DNA from: Enoplolaimus lenunculus
Lineage: Eukaryota
Assembly (NCBI GenBank): GCA_030248215.1
Contig: JASANG010000727.1
Coordinates: 372,001 to 436,000, forward strand
DNA length: 64,000 nucleotides
Direction: 5' to 3'
Below, piece after piece: positions 12,283-27,300 of the stretch. How positions within the stretch are numbered: position 1 is the first letter of the stretch; every line of letters starts with the position of its first letter. The notes beneath the pieces were generated by a model that had not been told where the DNA came from, ran no database searches, and was given only the letters and a program-made list of their open reading frames with translations. A program made the translations under genes and the position numbers.

Positions 12283-12368
12283 TTAGTCGCATCTGTAAGA
12301 TCCAGCGAGATTAACGCAAATCTGAGTTGAGGTACAAGTATCCATACCCGACGAACATTCGTTGACAT
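12283..12368 (-). CDS. Terminal, truncated cbEGF exon A42 (4 Cys then stop)
   Basis: tttttag|DVNECSSGMDTCTSTQICVNLAGSYRCD*(TAA 12285-12283); residual NGLVCTGRKT* in a shifted frame to 12251. Confidence 0.75.
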
Positions 12369-15300
12369 CTAAAAATAGCCATAGCAATTTTTTTCTTACA
12401 AAATTTACAAGATTGAAACTATTCATTCTACAGAATAGGTTTTGAGTTGAACGAGCGATAATTTAAATGACGGTTTGAAAACTGTAGTGACCCAAATAAG
12501 AGGGGGGTAATCAGAGGGAGTCACCATTTTGAGTCCCGATCAATAGGAGTCCGTATCCCTAATTAGAGTCCGTAAGCCGATAGAGTTCCTTAACCCTAAT
12601 TAGAATCCCTAAATGTCAATTATCCCTAATCGTAGAACATAACTGGCTCCAGGACCAAATAAAGTTGAGTTCGAAACTTTAAAGCGTACTTAAGTTTTGA
12701 AAGTACATCCTAAGTATAACCTTGCATTATTGCTCAAGGTTTTGATGCAAGGCAAAAAATGTTAAATTTAACGGATAGTTGCAATGCCTGATATATCAGT
12801 AACGAAGGGTGGCGGAGGGCGGGGTGGAAATAAATAACAGTCCGTAACCGAATAACACGGGATATCCTTTGGAGAGGCCAAATAATTATCAGTCTCCCAT
12901 CTCTTACTCGGGTTACTACAGTACTGAAATAGGAATATTGATTTATATAAAACTTTAAACTCTTATTCGGTTAAATGTAGAACAATGTATATCGTGGCGA
13001 TAAATACGGTCAGGGTAACGAATTACTTGACGTTGGAAATTGTTCCGTGATCCCGCAACTAAACAAAATTGCTGTTTGCTAAATGTTTTATGCAGTCTTA
13101 TACGGCAATTCAATATGTTCCCGTGCAGTGCCACTAAGACCCTGGACGGCACCGAGCGCAATAGAATAGCCAAGAAGCACATATTGGGTCACCCTGGGTC
13201 TTCCCGTTTGACAAAAAAAATTCTAACTAATGGCATATCGGTATTGTTTTTGAATTGTTGGTTCAACAAAGAATATATATAAACGATGCTAATCTAGAAA
13301 CTGTGGCAGGATTTCTGAAATCTTACTTCAGTATTTACTTAAGTTATGCTTAAGTAATTACTTTAAGTCGACGACTTAAGTAGATATTTAACTTTTAAAT
13401 AAACAAATAAACGCCAAACGTGAGCCATGGTGATAACAAGAGAGTAATGAATATTGTTTAAGTTCACGAGGCACCATGTGTCACCAATTTCAGCTATACC
13501 AAAGTTAATACGCCTGAACTGTTAATATGTAATAAATCAAATTTAGTCAGTGACTTAAGTATTTACTTAACTTACGTACACTTTTATAAACGACAAAATC
13601 GTTAAGTAATTACTTAGCACGCACTTAAGTAACAATTTGTACTTAAATACGGTTTCAGAAACCTAGCGAGTAGCTCAAAAGCATGGAGTGACAGGTATTT
13701 TATCGAGACAATTTTTCACCTGCACAAGTGCCCTGATAGTCTTCAAACCCAGTATTGCACTGGCACTCGAATCCATTAATTTTGTTAACACAATGCTGCG
13801 ATTGACCATTACAGTCGTGCATGCTCTTCGCACATTCGTTTACGTCTACAATCAGTGAATATTATCCAAAGTGGTTGAAATGTCTACAACACCATTAGCA
13901 CTGGCCAGAATCACAATTTTTCGCCTCTTTACATTCCCCAAACAATTACTTAGATCGCCAGTATTTACAGGAAATGACTCTAGAACCGTAGCAAAAGTGA
14001 AATTTTGACTGGTTCAAAGTTATTCAGGGTGTTTTAATTATACACGAACGTACGGGCACCGAATATCGGGATATATAATCGTTGCAAAATGCGGCATAAA
14101 CCTTGGTAGTTAACATAGATCTTGCCAGAGGTGTACCAATACAATATGATTAAGGTTCTTGTACACTTTCGTCAAACTGGCTTATGCTTATACTCAAGCT
14201 TACACACAAAATAACTTGCGTTGTATTCAAGAAATATGAATTTTAAGACAATTATGTATTGATACAGACTTCAGACATATATGTCTTGAATTCAAGGCAT
14301 TCATTTTTTAAAATTTTCAGATATTTTGGTCTAAAATTTTTCACACTTAAATGTCTTAAATTTAAGACTTTCTTTTATAAACGATTAAGAACAATATTTC
14401 TGAAATATAAGACAAATATGTCTGAAATAAAACACAAACATTTGCCATGAAAATCGACATCATATTTGGGAACTAAAGTTCAACCCAATACCCTAATTTT
14501 GCAACTTAAGATACGTCCAAGACGTAAACTTAGGTTGAGGGGAGCTTGAGCTCAACCCGAAATATCTTTGAAATTCGATTATTTATATACCTTTTTAAGA
14601 ATATAAACGGAGCAACTTTATTACATACATAAAAATCAGAAAATTAATTCTTGAATAAAAGGCAACTATTTCTTGAAAGAAAGAAATTTATGTCTTTTAA
14701 AGGCTATTAATGTTCGAAATACAAGACATTTATGTCTTGAAAATTTAAGAAAGTATGAGTTTTTTTAATGTTTCAGGACAATTTACTTTGTGTACCTTTG
14801 TTTCCGCGCCGTCCGTCGCCGTTCGATACCCGTACGGCGCCGTCCGTCAATGTGTAGCGCCGTCCATCACTGTGCGGTATTGTACGCAAATCACTCACGA
14901 ACGAAAACGTATGGCACAAACGGTGACGGAGGACGCCGTACGGGGGTGACGGACGTTGACAGACGGCGCCGTACGGATGACGGACGGTGACTGACGGCGC
15001 CGATCGGATGACGGACAGTGACGGAAGACGGACGGTGACTGACGGCGCCGTACAGGTGACGGACGGTGACATACGGCGCTGTACGGATGACGGACGGTGA
15101 CGGACGGCGCCGGACGTCGAGTACAACGCAACCCTATGCCTTAACTGTAAATTTTAAGAAAGGGGAAGGCGTACAAGAGTCCAGGACGAATTTTTACGTG
15201 TATGAGACCCTCGTACGATTTTTTTGCTTAACTTTTTAGAAAAAGATGTGCTACGTTCATGTAAAGTACGTAAAACATGAACAAGTAAACGCTTACCTAT

Positions 15301-18300
15301 ACAAACGCCATTCGACAGTTCAGAATACTGATTACATTGGCATGTGTACGATCCGGGGGTATTAGTGCATAATTCCAAATCTGAACATGTATGAGTATTC
15401 AGGGCACATTCGTCAACGTCTGTAAACCAAAGCGACAACTATTACACAGGTTTGGCTGAGGTAAAGGAATATGGGTCAAAGTAAAGAACCGGGGTGGAAC
15501 TGTATTATAAGCATATTCCTAAGCCTAAGCCTAAGCCTAAGCCAAAGCGTAAGAATGAGCATATTCCTAAGCCTAGGCCTAAGCCTAAGCCTAAGCCTAA
15601 GCCTAAGCCAGAGCCTAAGCCTTAGCCTAAGCCTAAGCCTAAGCCTAAGCCAGAGCCTAAGCCTAAGCCTAAGCCTAAGCCTAAGCCTAAGCCTAAGCCT
15701 AAACCTAAGCCTAAGCCTAAGCGTAAGAATGAGCATATTCCTAAGCCTAAGCCTACACCTAAGTCAAGCAAAAAATTAGTCAAACGCTTAAGCATGTTTC
15801 AGGCTATATCAAAGCGATACGTGTATTCAAGGACCATGTGGTAAAAAAATTTGCTGTAAGTGGGATTGTAAAATATTAACTCGAAATCAGTGGGTTCACC
15901 CTGTAAACGGGAGAATTCTCGTCATACGAACTTCATTAAACACATTAAAAGAATCTAAAACACATCAAATATTAGAAACTGTGGCCCATATAAAGATCAG
16001 GGGCGCAACGTTTTTCTGTAGGATTAGAATAGCATAAGCTTAAGCTTTAAACTAATTTTTTGCTTGGCTTTGGCTTAGGCTTAGGCTTAGGCTTAGAAAT
16101 ATGTTCATTGTTACGCTTAGGTTTAGGCTTAGGATCATTGTTACGCTTAGGCTTAGGCTTAAGCTTAGGAATATACTTATAATACTGTTCCGTCCCTATT
16201 CTTTACATTGGCCGAACGTGTTAAGAAACGTGGTTAATGTACTTAAAACGCATTGAAACAAATATGCTTAAATAAGTATAAAACAACTCTTATATTTAAA
16301 AAAGCAACAAAAGAAACATAAAATAACTAACCTGAACATACTCCGTTACTCGAAACATAACCAATTTTGCAGTTGCATCCCCATCCGTTCACTGAGTTAA
16401 CGCAAACTTCAGTTGTTGGATTGCAGTCGTGTTGATTATTCGCGCATTCATCTACGTCTAAAACAATACATATAAAAAAAGCTTTTCCAATAACATTTTA
16501 AATTCAATTGGTGAACAAATTTTTTTCAAGCCTGCTGCACTTGCACGCAAAAGACTTTTACATGAGGGTATACCCTGCCCATGTATTGAACAGGGCCGGA
16601 ACAGTAGTATAAGCATATTCCTAAGCCTAGCCTAAGCGTATGGAAGAGCCTATTCCTAAGCTTAAGCCTAAGCCTAAGCAAAAAATTAGACTAAAGCTTA
16701 AACTGACTCTATTATAGCCCCTCCGGCAAACGATCCGGCCCTGTTCTAGACATGGGCCGTATACCCTTTCGATATGGGATCCTGTGCGCGCTCGTGGTTT
16801 ATGTATCAAATAACATTAATGGCTTTTTAGTTCATTTAAAAACAACGATGACGTGCACAGTTTTGGATTTGTCGTATATATTTTGCAAAATTGTGACGTC
16901 TCTAAATCACCTGCAATAGCAAATAGGGCTCCAGTGTAAAGCATTTATAGTCGACATGCAGAGTGCAAGCGGAGGTGAAAAATACCGAAGCCGGAGCCGA
17001 AGGTCAACGAAACTTTCTGCAGCCGGACATGAGGCGAAATTAGGTAGTAAAAATGATAGTTAATTAGTTAGTTTTAGCCAATATTTGCAATATGTTGTTA
17101 CGTTGTTTGGTTTTACGCTAAATTTCTGCCTAATTTCGGCAATTCTTTCCTGAAAATTGTGACAAAAGTCAATCGAAACGCGCTAAACAGATAAATTTAG
17201 CAAAATTATGCAAAATTTTTCTACCGAAATACCGTGACCTCCGGCAAAAATTCTACCGGAGCCGGAGTCGTAGCCGGAGCCGGAGGCAGACCTCCGGTTG
17301 TACCCTGTCAACAGGTGATCGTACACGTCTCCAATCGACGTGTAACAATTTTCAAAGCATAAGATATATTCCAGAATAGATGGAAAATATTCATGTGAGA
17401 AAGGGTTAAACAATACATATAAATAGGTTTAAAGTTCGCATCATTTACCTTCACATTTTCCATTATTCATAAAATATCCGGTCATGCAAATACATTCGTA
17501 CGAACCACGGTTATTCTGACAATTTTGATTTGTGTCGCATGGTGACGGTGACGTTGTGCATTCATCGACATCTGTAAAAAATATGGTAGCCAATGTAAAA
17601 ATCAGGGACGGAACGTTTTTCTGTGGGACTGCAATACAGTAAGCTTAAGCTTTAGACCAACTTTTTGGCTTGGCTTATGCTTAGGCTTAGGCTTAAGTTT
17701 AGGAATATGCTCATTTTTACGTTTAGGTTTAAGCTTACGCTTAGGCTTAGACTTATAGGAATACGCTCATTCTTACGCTTTGGCTTAGGCTTAGGCTTAG
17801 GAATATGCTTATAATACTGTTCCACCCTTCTTCTTTCCATTGGTCAAAATGGTTAACAACTGCTGACGAATGCAAGGCGATCCACCAAGACGTAGGCCAC
17901 CGAACAGGCACCACAATAAAAAATTTAGTATTAAGATTTAGAACTAAAATTGCGTTCTGCTTCTAGCCGGCTTCCATCGCAATCCTTTTTCACAATTATT
18001 TATTATCCGACACCCTTCCGTGTTAAAATTTTCCGGATCCGACACTGTTGTAGCGGCATATTTGTTATAGTTTAAACGTATATTCAATCAATGCACACCG
18101 ATGGGTTGATCATAATTGTAAGCATTTGAACTTCAGAAACATTCTAGCGAAATATTAAATTTCACAGTTCGAACTTTTACCTTCAGTGAAATCAAGAGTG
18201 GATAATCGCTTATTTAAAAAGCGTGTGCAACTGGACACATTCGGTAAAACTGGTGCGAGCCATGGCACTTTATGTGTGCGGCGTCAAAGATGCACCCCAT

Positions 18301-21300
18301 ACAGATTCATTTAGAGTATTCATGTGATAGCGACTCACCCTCTAAACAACGGGGGTCGGCCAAAAACGCAACACTCGGCGGTACATTTTGTACCATGTGG
18401 AACCCACAAGAGTTGCACACTCTTGTATCATGCACTCTTGGTAAAAATTAATACTACTGCACCGTGGGTGGCGGATCCGGAAATCCTTAAAAGGAAAATT
18501 CGCCGCACAACTGAAACGAGCGAGAATCTGAACGCCAATTTTAACGCTAAACCTTAACACAAAATCGTCATTTTGACCCCTGTCCGGGGAGGCCTTAATC
18601 AGAGTGCCCTTCGGATCCGCCAATGTCCCTGTCGATGAAAAACGTAAACAAATTCTAGAGTTTATGTTTGGCGAGCTATGACTGCTTTAGAAATTCAAAT
18701 AACAAACTGTACCTTCACACTGATTCAGTGCTTGATTCATGGTAAACCCAGCTTTGCAACTGCAAGTGAAACTGCCAATAGTATTAGTGCATAATTCAAT
18801 ATGTGAATCGCAGTCATGCGTTCCTTTTAAACATTCGTTAACGTCTAAAAAATCGGTAAAATTTAATTTTAAATCATTTTATCCACAACAAAGCTTTGTG
18901 ACACAATTGTAATTGGTTTTGATATCAGGTTGACATGGCTATCGCTGTGTCATCTCTCACCAAAGCAGTTGAATTACTGTCGAAAAAGCATACGAGTTGT
19001 CTGTTTTAAAGACTTAAAAACGAAAGCTTTTGTACGCGTTCCTCCGCAGGTTAAAGATTAGGCTTAGACTTAGGCTTAGGTTTAAGAAATTTTTTAGCCT
19101 ATGATAATCGTTAAACCTTTGCCTAAGCCCGATCCTTAGCCTAAGCTAATTCTCTGACCTTAGATGTGGTGAAAAGAGTACTAAATCAATTAAATACACA
19201 CTGGAATTTGAGTTAATTTATATACATCACACAATAAACTCTTACGCAGCAATTTTTATGAAATACAGAAAGAATTTGCCATATTCGGCCAAATGCCTAA
19301 GCCTAAGCCTAAGCCTAAGCAAAAAAAATGTAATCTAAAATCTAAACCTACTCTTTAATAAACCCACCAGAAACCTGAACGCCTCTTAAAGCCACATGGG
19401 CCCCATAGCCCAACAAAGTCTTAAGCCAATTAATTTCCGTTTTTGAACTGATCTCAGAAATACCAAAAATACGACCAATGATAAATTTTACCATCACAAT
19501 TGCCAGTATCATAATTCATTTGATAACCGCTGGGGCATCGGCAAACGAACGATCCAACGGTATTGACGCATTCTTGACCTTTTGAAGCGCAGTCATTTGT
19601 GCTCACCTGAGCACATTCGTTGATATCTTAAAAGAATTAGAGTTAAATTCAATGTGAAGATTCACTGTTGACGCTATCACCCAACCTACCCACAGGAACC
19701 CGCGGATAAACGCAGGACGGGTAAGAAAATTTCGACGCGGGTATACACGCTGGTAAAGAATTTCAAAGTGCGGGTACTAATGTGTGATTGTTTACCCGTC
19801 TAAAATTTTCATAAAAAGCTTGAATACCAGATAATGCTGAAAAACTTTAAATTATTAAACTGTTTTTACCGTATGAGTAAAAAATAAGTACCGAGTAACA
19901 TCAGTGCACTGTAAAACTACACATTGTATTGAACACAGAAGAAAAAATAACACTGGTTAAAGGCAGGTAACGGTAAAGGAATTTTGCACCGGTAAAAGCC
20001 GGGTAACTTGTAAAGGAATTTTGCTCGAGTATACCCGCGGTAAGAAATAAAATTTCCATAGGTGAAGCGGAACGCGGGTAAAAAATTTTTTACCCAAACC
20101 CCAAGGAGTTGCAGGACACTTTGAATCCCTAGGCTCAGTCAATTTTATCACGTGAGTTTAAAATATGTAGAATCGTCGCTATTAAATTAAGAATAAGCTT
20201 TCTGAACAAAGACATAGGCTAAAATTAGCATTTAGCGTTCGAGACGTGGCCTCGAAGACGCTATATGGCAGTTTTTCAGTGTGGTAAAATGATTATATCT
20301 CGCAACGATTTCCCATCTTGCGCTAGAACAGAGAATCAAAGACCCTAGCCGCGGTATTATGTAGAGTAGTATTTCAACTGCAGACCGATCCATAAGTCCA
20401 CGCGTGCCCTGATTTATATTAAACCAATCCATACCATCACAACCACTGGGACCTTGAACAAATCCTCCTTGACATGAACACTGATAGCTGCCATCGGTGT
20501 TGACGCACACTTCAGCAGCGGAGCAGGAATTTAAACTCGGATCCGAGCATTCGTTGACATCTTAAATTTAGTCATCGTTAATCTGCGTAAATCAAACAAC
20601 TTTTTGTTTGTTCAACACTACAGCATCATAAAGCGAGCAATGTTGAACAGGGTACACTGCAAAAAATACTGAGTCACAAGGGTACACTGCAAAAAATGCT
20701 GAGTCACAAGGGTACACTGCAAAAATGCTGAGTGACAAGGGTACACCGCAAAAAATGCTGAGTCACAAGGCTACACTGCAAAAAATGCTGAGTCACAATG
20801 GTACACTGCAAAAAATGCTGAGTCACAAGGCTACACTGCAAAAAATGCTGAGTCACACTGACTCTCTCGGAAATAAGCTTTTCGGGACTACACAAATTGA
20901 GTCAAAATTCGACTCCGCCGGAGTCGAATTCGATTCAGTGAGACACGCGTTTGCCTCTGTGACGGAGTCGAATTCGACTCATTTGTTTTAGTCGCGAAAA
21001 GTCTATTCGGAGGGACTCAATTTGACTCACCATTTTTTGCAGTATACCTGCAGTTTGATACAGAATCTGTAAAATGCCGTATTGTCACCTTTGCATATTT
21101 CAAATATAATTTTTCAACGAATGAATGCGACTGAAAAATTTCAGTATTTTTATTTAAAAAATGAAAAAAAAATTGATTTTGTTCAAAAATAACTCAACTG
21201 GTGTTAGGTATTGAACAAGACAGTTATAACATATGAACTCAGCTTATTTGAACTCAGCTTATTCGAAATAGAAAATCTAAAATTGAAACAGTAAAACTAA

Positions 21301-24300
21301 AAATTGAAAAAATTTTGAAACAACAAACTCTTACAGTCAAATCATTGGCGATGATAAAAACAACGAGAGACCGCAAATTAATAGTTTTCAGTGGCTTAAA
21401 TGTACCGTAGTTCGTTTTATTTGTCCGATTCGACTAAATTTCACGAAGGTAACTTTGTGGGAGCACATACTCTGTATTGGTCACAGTGGGACAAGCATTG
21501 CGGAGGCCCTAAGCCTGTGATGCTGGCTGTCCGGACCCACAATTCATCAAATTTAGTCTACAGTGCCCTACGGTATTCCGCTTAGAATACCGCACGGCAT
21601 CGGACAACGCTGGACGGCGATGCAATGCTTAAAACAGTCAAACCTTACAACGCCACCTTTAAAGCAACGCGATTAGCATTCGTTACACAGAATGTGCCCA
21701 GTTTGCAATACTCTTGCGGAAGAGCATTTGACTGCTCAAGGTATCACGTACCGGAACAAACCCCATTGGTTGGGTTTGGTTCGTAACCGACGTTACACAA
21801 ACACTTGAACGATCCAATCGTATTCGAGCACAGTTCGTTCATTCCGCACGTATGAGTCCCGGAAGTGCATTCGTTGTTGTCTAAAATTTAAAAAGTTTTT
21901 CTATTTCATTTTAAACTAAAAGTAAAAATAACTATGAAAACAATAGGGCTCATGTATAGAACAGGGCCAGAATAGTAGCATAAGCATATTCCTAAGCCTA
22001 AGCCTAAGCCTAAACCTAAGCGTATGAATGAGCCTATTACTAAGCCTAAGCCTAGACTGCAAAAAATGGTGAGTCAAATTGACTCCCTCCGAAATAGGCT
22101 CTACGGACTACACAAACTGAGTCAAATTCGCCTCCGCCAGAGTCAAACGTGCGACTAAGTGAGTCGAATTTGTCTCTGGTGGAGTCTGATTTGGCTCAAT
22201 TTGTGTAGTCCCGTAGAGCCTATTTCGGAGGGAGTCAATTTGACTCACCATTTTTTGCAGTGTAAGCCTAAGCAAAAAAATTAGTCTAAAACTTTAACTG
22301 ACTCTATTATAGCCCCTCCGGAAAACGATCCGGCCCTATTGTATACATGGGCCAAAATTAGTATTAAGTAAAGCATACTTAACGTCGAACGCTAACAATC
22401 TGACACATCGTTATATGCTATTACCTGAGCTATTTTTATCTGTCGTACCACATTTTCAGTTGATGTAAAGTTTGAACTGTAGACGTTAACAGCGTCGATA
22501 AAATAAAATCGCTGAATAGTCTGCGTTGTAAAGAATTCGATTATTGTGTGTTTATAAACAAAAATACAAACTTAAAACATGCCCGGGTTTATTGAAATAT
22601 AAAACTGAAACTGTACTAACCGACACAAGCGCCATCAAGCATTTCGTATCCGGATACACATCCGCATGCCCAACTGCCAACGGTATTTACACAGGTTTCG
22701 CGTTCGCTTGGACATTTGTCACCAGTTAAGCATTCGTTAATATCTGAAAATACATAACTGATATTGGCTGGGTTTTCGAAATATCTACTAAGTACGACTT
22801 AGTACTTAAAAGTATGTGCTAAGTAGCTACTTAGTCATTTTGTCGTTTTTAAAAGTGTTTTTAAGTTAAGTAAATACTTAAATCGCTGACTAAATTTGAT
22901 ATATTACAATTTTAACCGTTCGGAAATATCTTGGTTCGGTTGCACTCATGCCGCCTGCTTAATATAAATAAAAACTATTACTTTCTTGTTATGACAATGG
23001 CTGACATTTGGGGCGTTTATTTACTTTTGCTCCAAAATTAACTATTTACTTAAGTCGGCGTGTTAAGTAATGACTTAAGTAAAACTTAAGAAAATTCTTA
23101 AGTTAGATTTCAGAAAACCAGCCGTTGATTGAGGTTCTGAAACCCTACTTAAGTACAACTTCGCACTTAAGTATGTGCTAAGCATTTACTTAGCCAATTT
23201 AGCGTTTCTGAAAGTGTACTCAAGTTAAGTAAATACTAACGTCACCGACCAAGTTTATTGTGTTACAGACACCCACTTTTGGTGTTTTTTAACCCTAATC
23301 TAACTGAGGTTGTAGACTGACCGTGCCTCTATATATAAAACAAAATTAAGACTTCCTGGTTATGACACTTGTTTAATTTTAACATTTATTTGTTTTTATT
23401 CAAAAAGCTTATTATTTACATAAAAATCGACGATTTAAGTAATTTACTCAAGCATAACTTAAGTGAATACTTAAGTACGATTTCGGAAACCCAGCTATTA
23501 TAACTGAGCTAACCAAACTGTATATTACTAAGTGTGACCAGAGAAAACTAAACTGAGGTAAAAATCAAATAAAAGTGTAAGATAGCAAAGTGACAGACTT
23601 TCCAAAGTATACGTTACAGGAAGTTAACTTAGACCAATAATGAGGGAAAGCACTAGCCTCCTCTAGACAACTACGGTCAAAATAGGCCTTATTAATGTCA
23701 CCGCTGTACCTTGGCATACTCCGTTAATCATGGTATACCCGTCGATGCATATACACTGGTATGAACCAGCTGTATTTTGACAAGTTGCACGAGTTCCACA
23801 CGGATCAACTGCCGCTTGACATTCGTCAATATCTGAAAGCATAAAATATTTAAGAAATACAAAAAGCCTTACTGTAAGCAAAACATTTTAGAATTACAAA
23901 AAACTTACTGAAAGCATAAAACATTTAAGAATTACAATAAATTTTACAGAAAGCATAAAACATTTAAGAATTACAAAAAATTTTACTGAAAGCATAAAAC
24001 ATTCACCTACGCATAATTACAGGAATAATAAAATGGATTGAGGATTCGGTTTAGGCTTAGGCTAAAGCTTAGTCTTATCAAAATAAAAACAGTAACCTAA
24101 ATTACCCGTACAAACGCCGTTGACGTCCTGATAACCTTGTTTGCAGTTGCATGTGTAACTATTCATTGAATTGACACATACTTCAGTTTGTGTGTTGCAG
24201 TTGTGGGTGTTTTGAGCACATTCATCGATATCTAAAAACGAAACATATTAGCAGCATAGTTTTTGGTATATGGGCCCATGTTACTTTAAGGGGCGTCCAG

Positions 24301-27300
24301 GTTTCTGGTGGTTCTATAAAACGGTAGGTTTAGATTCTAGATTACATTTTTTGCTTAGACTTACGCTTAGGCTTAGGCTTAGGAATACGCTTAATTTGCT
24401 GTTACGCCCCTTAAAGTAACATTGGTCGGTATATGCGTCTGACAAAATAATTAAACGTGATTGGTCTATAAGTTCAATTGTAGTTAACCCTAGGCCAAGC
24501 TTCAATTACATAAAGTATCAGATTAGTCTAGACCAATTGGTTGAATAGCAGATTAGACGACATATATGTCAAAGACTTACAGACAGTCACCCACCTCAAA
24601 CTATATTAGTTTCCGTAAATCACGCCGGGGGTGTTACTTTATCGGGCGTCCAAGTTTCTGGTGGGTCTATTAAAGAGTAGGTTTAGATTCTAGACTACAT
24701 TTTGTGCTTAGGCTTAGGCTTAGGTTTACGAATACGCTTTAATCTACTGTTACGCCCCTTAAAGTATAACATTGGCCAGAATTTTTATATTAAAATTCAC
24801 TTTGCGCATGCTTGTAAGATTTGTTACATTTTTAATGACTGACCCTTAAAATTAATTTAATTTGAAAATATTTTGATTTTCTGTTGGTTTATAAATTGAA
24901 AAAGAATCAAATCCAATATGTCAAGGGCTTCGCGAGTAAAAATGTAATGATTGAACCATTAATATTTAACACAGAAAGTTTAATAATGGAACCATTACCT
25001 TGACAATTTCCAGCTCCGTTCAATTGAGATCCGCTTTTACACTGGCAGATGTACGAACCTTCGTTATTAACACAGTCTTCCATATCGCTGCATGTATGCG
25101 TATTCTGTGTACATTCATTTTCATCTATACAAAACAGTACATTTAAGATATCAAAAATATTCACATTAGCAAGTTTACAGTGAGTTAAGTAAATCTAGGA
25201 ATTATACCCTTAACTGTAGGTAGTACTCATCATTCGTTGGACCAATGTTACTTTTAGGGCCGTAAACAGTAGATTAAGCGTATTCCTAAGCCTAAGCCTA
25301 AATCTGAGCATTGCAAAAACTTATTCCTAAGCCTAAGCCTAAGGCTAAGCCAAAACTAAAGATGTAGTTTAGAATGTAAGCCTACTCTTTTACAGACCCA
25401 CCATAAACCGGGACGGCCGTACAAGTAACATGAGACATTTGTTATATTAGGTTTAATCAATTTTAAGCCAGTAAAAATGTATCTGAAAGACGTTGATAAA
25501 TAGTACTCGCAAGCAGACCTAAACGCTGCCCTCGGGTACCAAAAATAAGTCCGGCTACAGGCCATTAACGATTAGCAAATTTTGCGCGAGTAAAGGCGGT
25601 AACGGGTGAAGGAATTTGGCGCGGGTATACCCGCGGGTAACAAAATAAAATTTCCGCGGGTAAAGCGCAGCGCGATGTAAAAATCTTAACCCACTTGCAT
25701 CTCTGCTCGCAAGTATTGAGTTCGATTTTTTAGCGTTTTAGCATCTTAAAATTAAAATTTACAAAGTTGAAAATTTCAAATAAAATATTCATTGGGTCAT
25801 TAAAACAACGGCCCATGTTACTTTTCGGGCCGTCGCAGTTTCTGGTGGGTCTGTAAAAGAGTCGACTTACATTCTAGACTACATTTTTTGCTTAGGCTTA
25901 GGCTTAGGTTTAGGCTTAGGAACACGCTTTTGCAACGCTTAGGCTTAGGAACACGCTTTTGCAACGCTTAGGCTTAGGCTTAGGAACACGCTTTTGCAAC
26001 GCTTAGGCTTAGGCTTAGGAACACGCTTATGCAACGCTTAGGCTTAGGCTTAGGAATACGCTTTTGCAACGCTTAGGCTTAGGCTTAGGAATACGCTTTT
26101 GCAACGCTTAGACTCTGGCTTCGGCAAGAATACGTTTAATCTACAGTTACGGCAGTAAAAGTAACATTGACCAAACGCTTCATCTTTATATAAAACATAT
26201 TATGGACAATTTTGAGTCGAGGGGTAGCATATACAGAGCTTTACGAAAATGTTGCCGCGAATATGGTGGTTTTCTTAATCTACTGTTACGGCCCTAAAAG
26301 TAACATTGACCAAAACAACGATAACGCTGTATTACTACTTCGTCAGTGACAGTCTAAGGTATAAGTATCAACGAATTATACTTACCTTCGCAAACTCCAT
26401 TTATTTCATGATACCCAGCCTTGCATACGCAGTTGTAACCACCCCTGGTGTTGACACAATCTTCCCTTGCAGTACACATATGACTAGTTTGTGATTGACA
26501 TTCATTTGTGTCTAAAATTATAGATAAAATGGCCCATGTATAGAACAGGGCCGGATCGTTTTCCGTAGGGCTATAATAGAGTCAGTTTAAGGTTTTGACT
26601 AATTTTTTGCTTAGGCTTAGGTTTAGGCTTAGGAATATGCTTATACAACTGTTCCGGCCCTGTTCTATACATGGACCGATAAAATGATAAGTTAATGATG
26701 AGCTAAAGTATGAATGTTTATTAAAACTTAAGCCGTTCTAAATGGTATCACGACAATTTGACGCCCGAACGATTCGGCCACCGACTCGGAACCCAACAAC
26801 TTATACACTGCACAAAAATGGTGAGTCAAATTGACTCTCTCCGAAATAGGCTCTACGGGACTACACAAACTGAGTCAAATTCGACTCCACCAGAGTCAAA
26901 CGCGCGACGAAGTGAGACACATTTGACTCCGGTGGAGTCGAATTTGACTCATTTTGTGTAGTCCCATAGAGCCTATTTCGGAGAGAGTCAATTTGACTTA
27001 CTTTTTTTGCACTTAAGGTTTCGGCATTTAAGCCTTAGCCTGTGTGAAACAAGCCCTACTGAAAATCTCAAGCTAAACGCCACAAAACTTGCGTAAAATG
27101 TAAATCAAAGCCGAATTTAAGCCATATTTCTGTACACCATCACTGCAAAAAATGGTGAGTGAAATTGACTCTCTCCGAAATAGGCTTTTCCTGACTACAC
27201 AAACTGGGTCAAAACTGGACTCTGCCAGTGTCAAATTTAGTCGAACTTGAGTTAGGCGGAGTCGAATTTTGACTCAGTTTGTGTAGTCAGGAAAAGCCTG

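Noticed and set aside
14755..15131. Arg/Thr/Val-rich ORFs (also 40062-40653)
   Set aside because: Derived from a GC-rich minisatellite repeat; only the embedded EGF exon 40178-40303 is coding
19601..19609. Strong internal CAG|GTGAGC donor in exon A36
   Set aside because: Would give a 20-nt out-of-phase exon; probably incidental without transcript evidence
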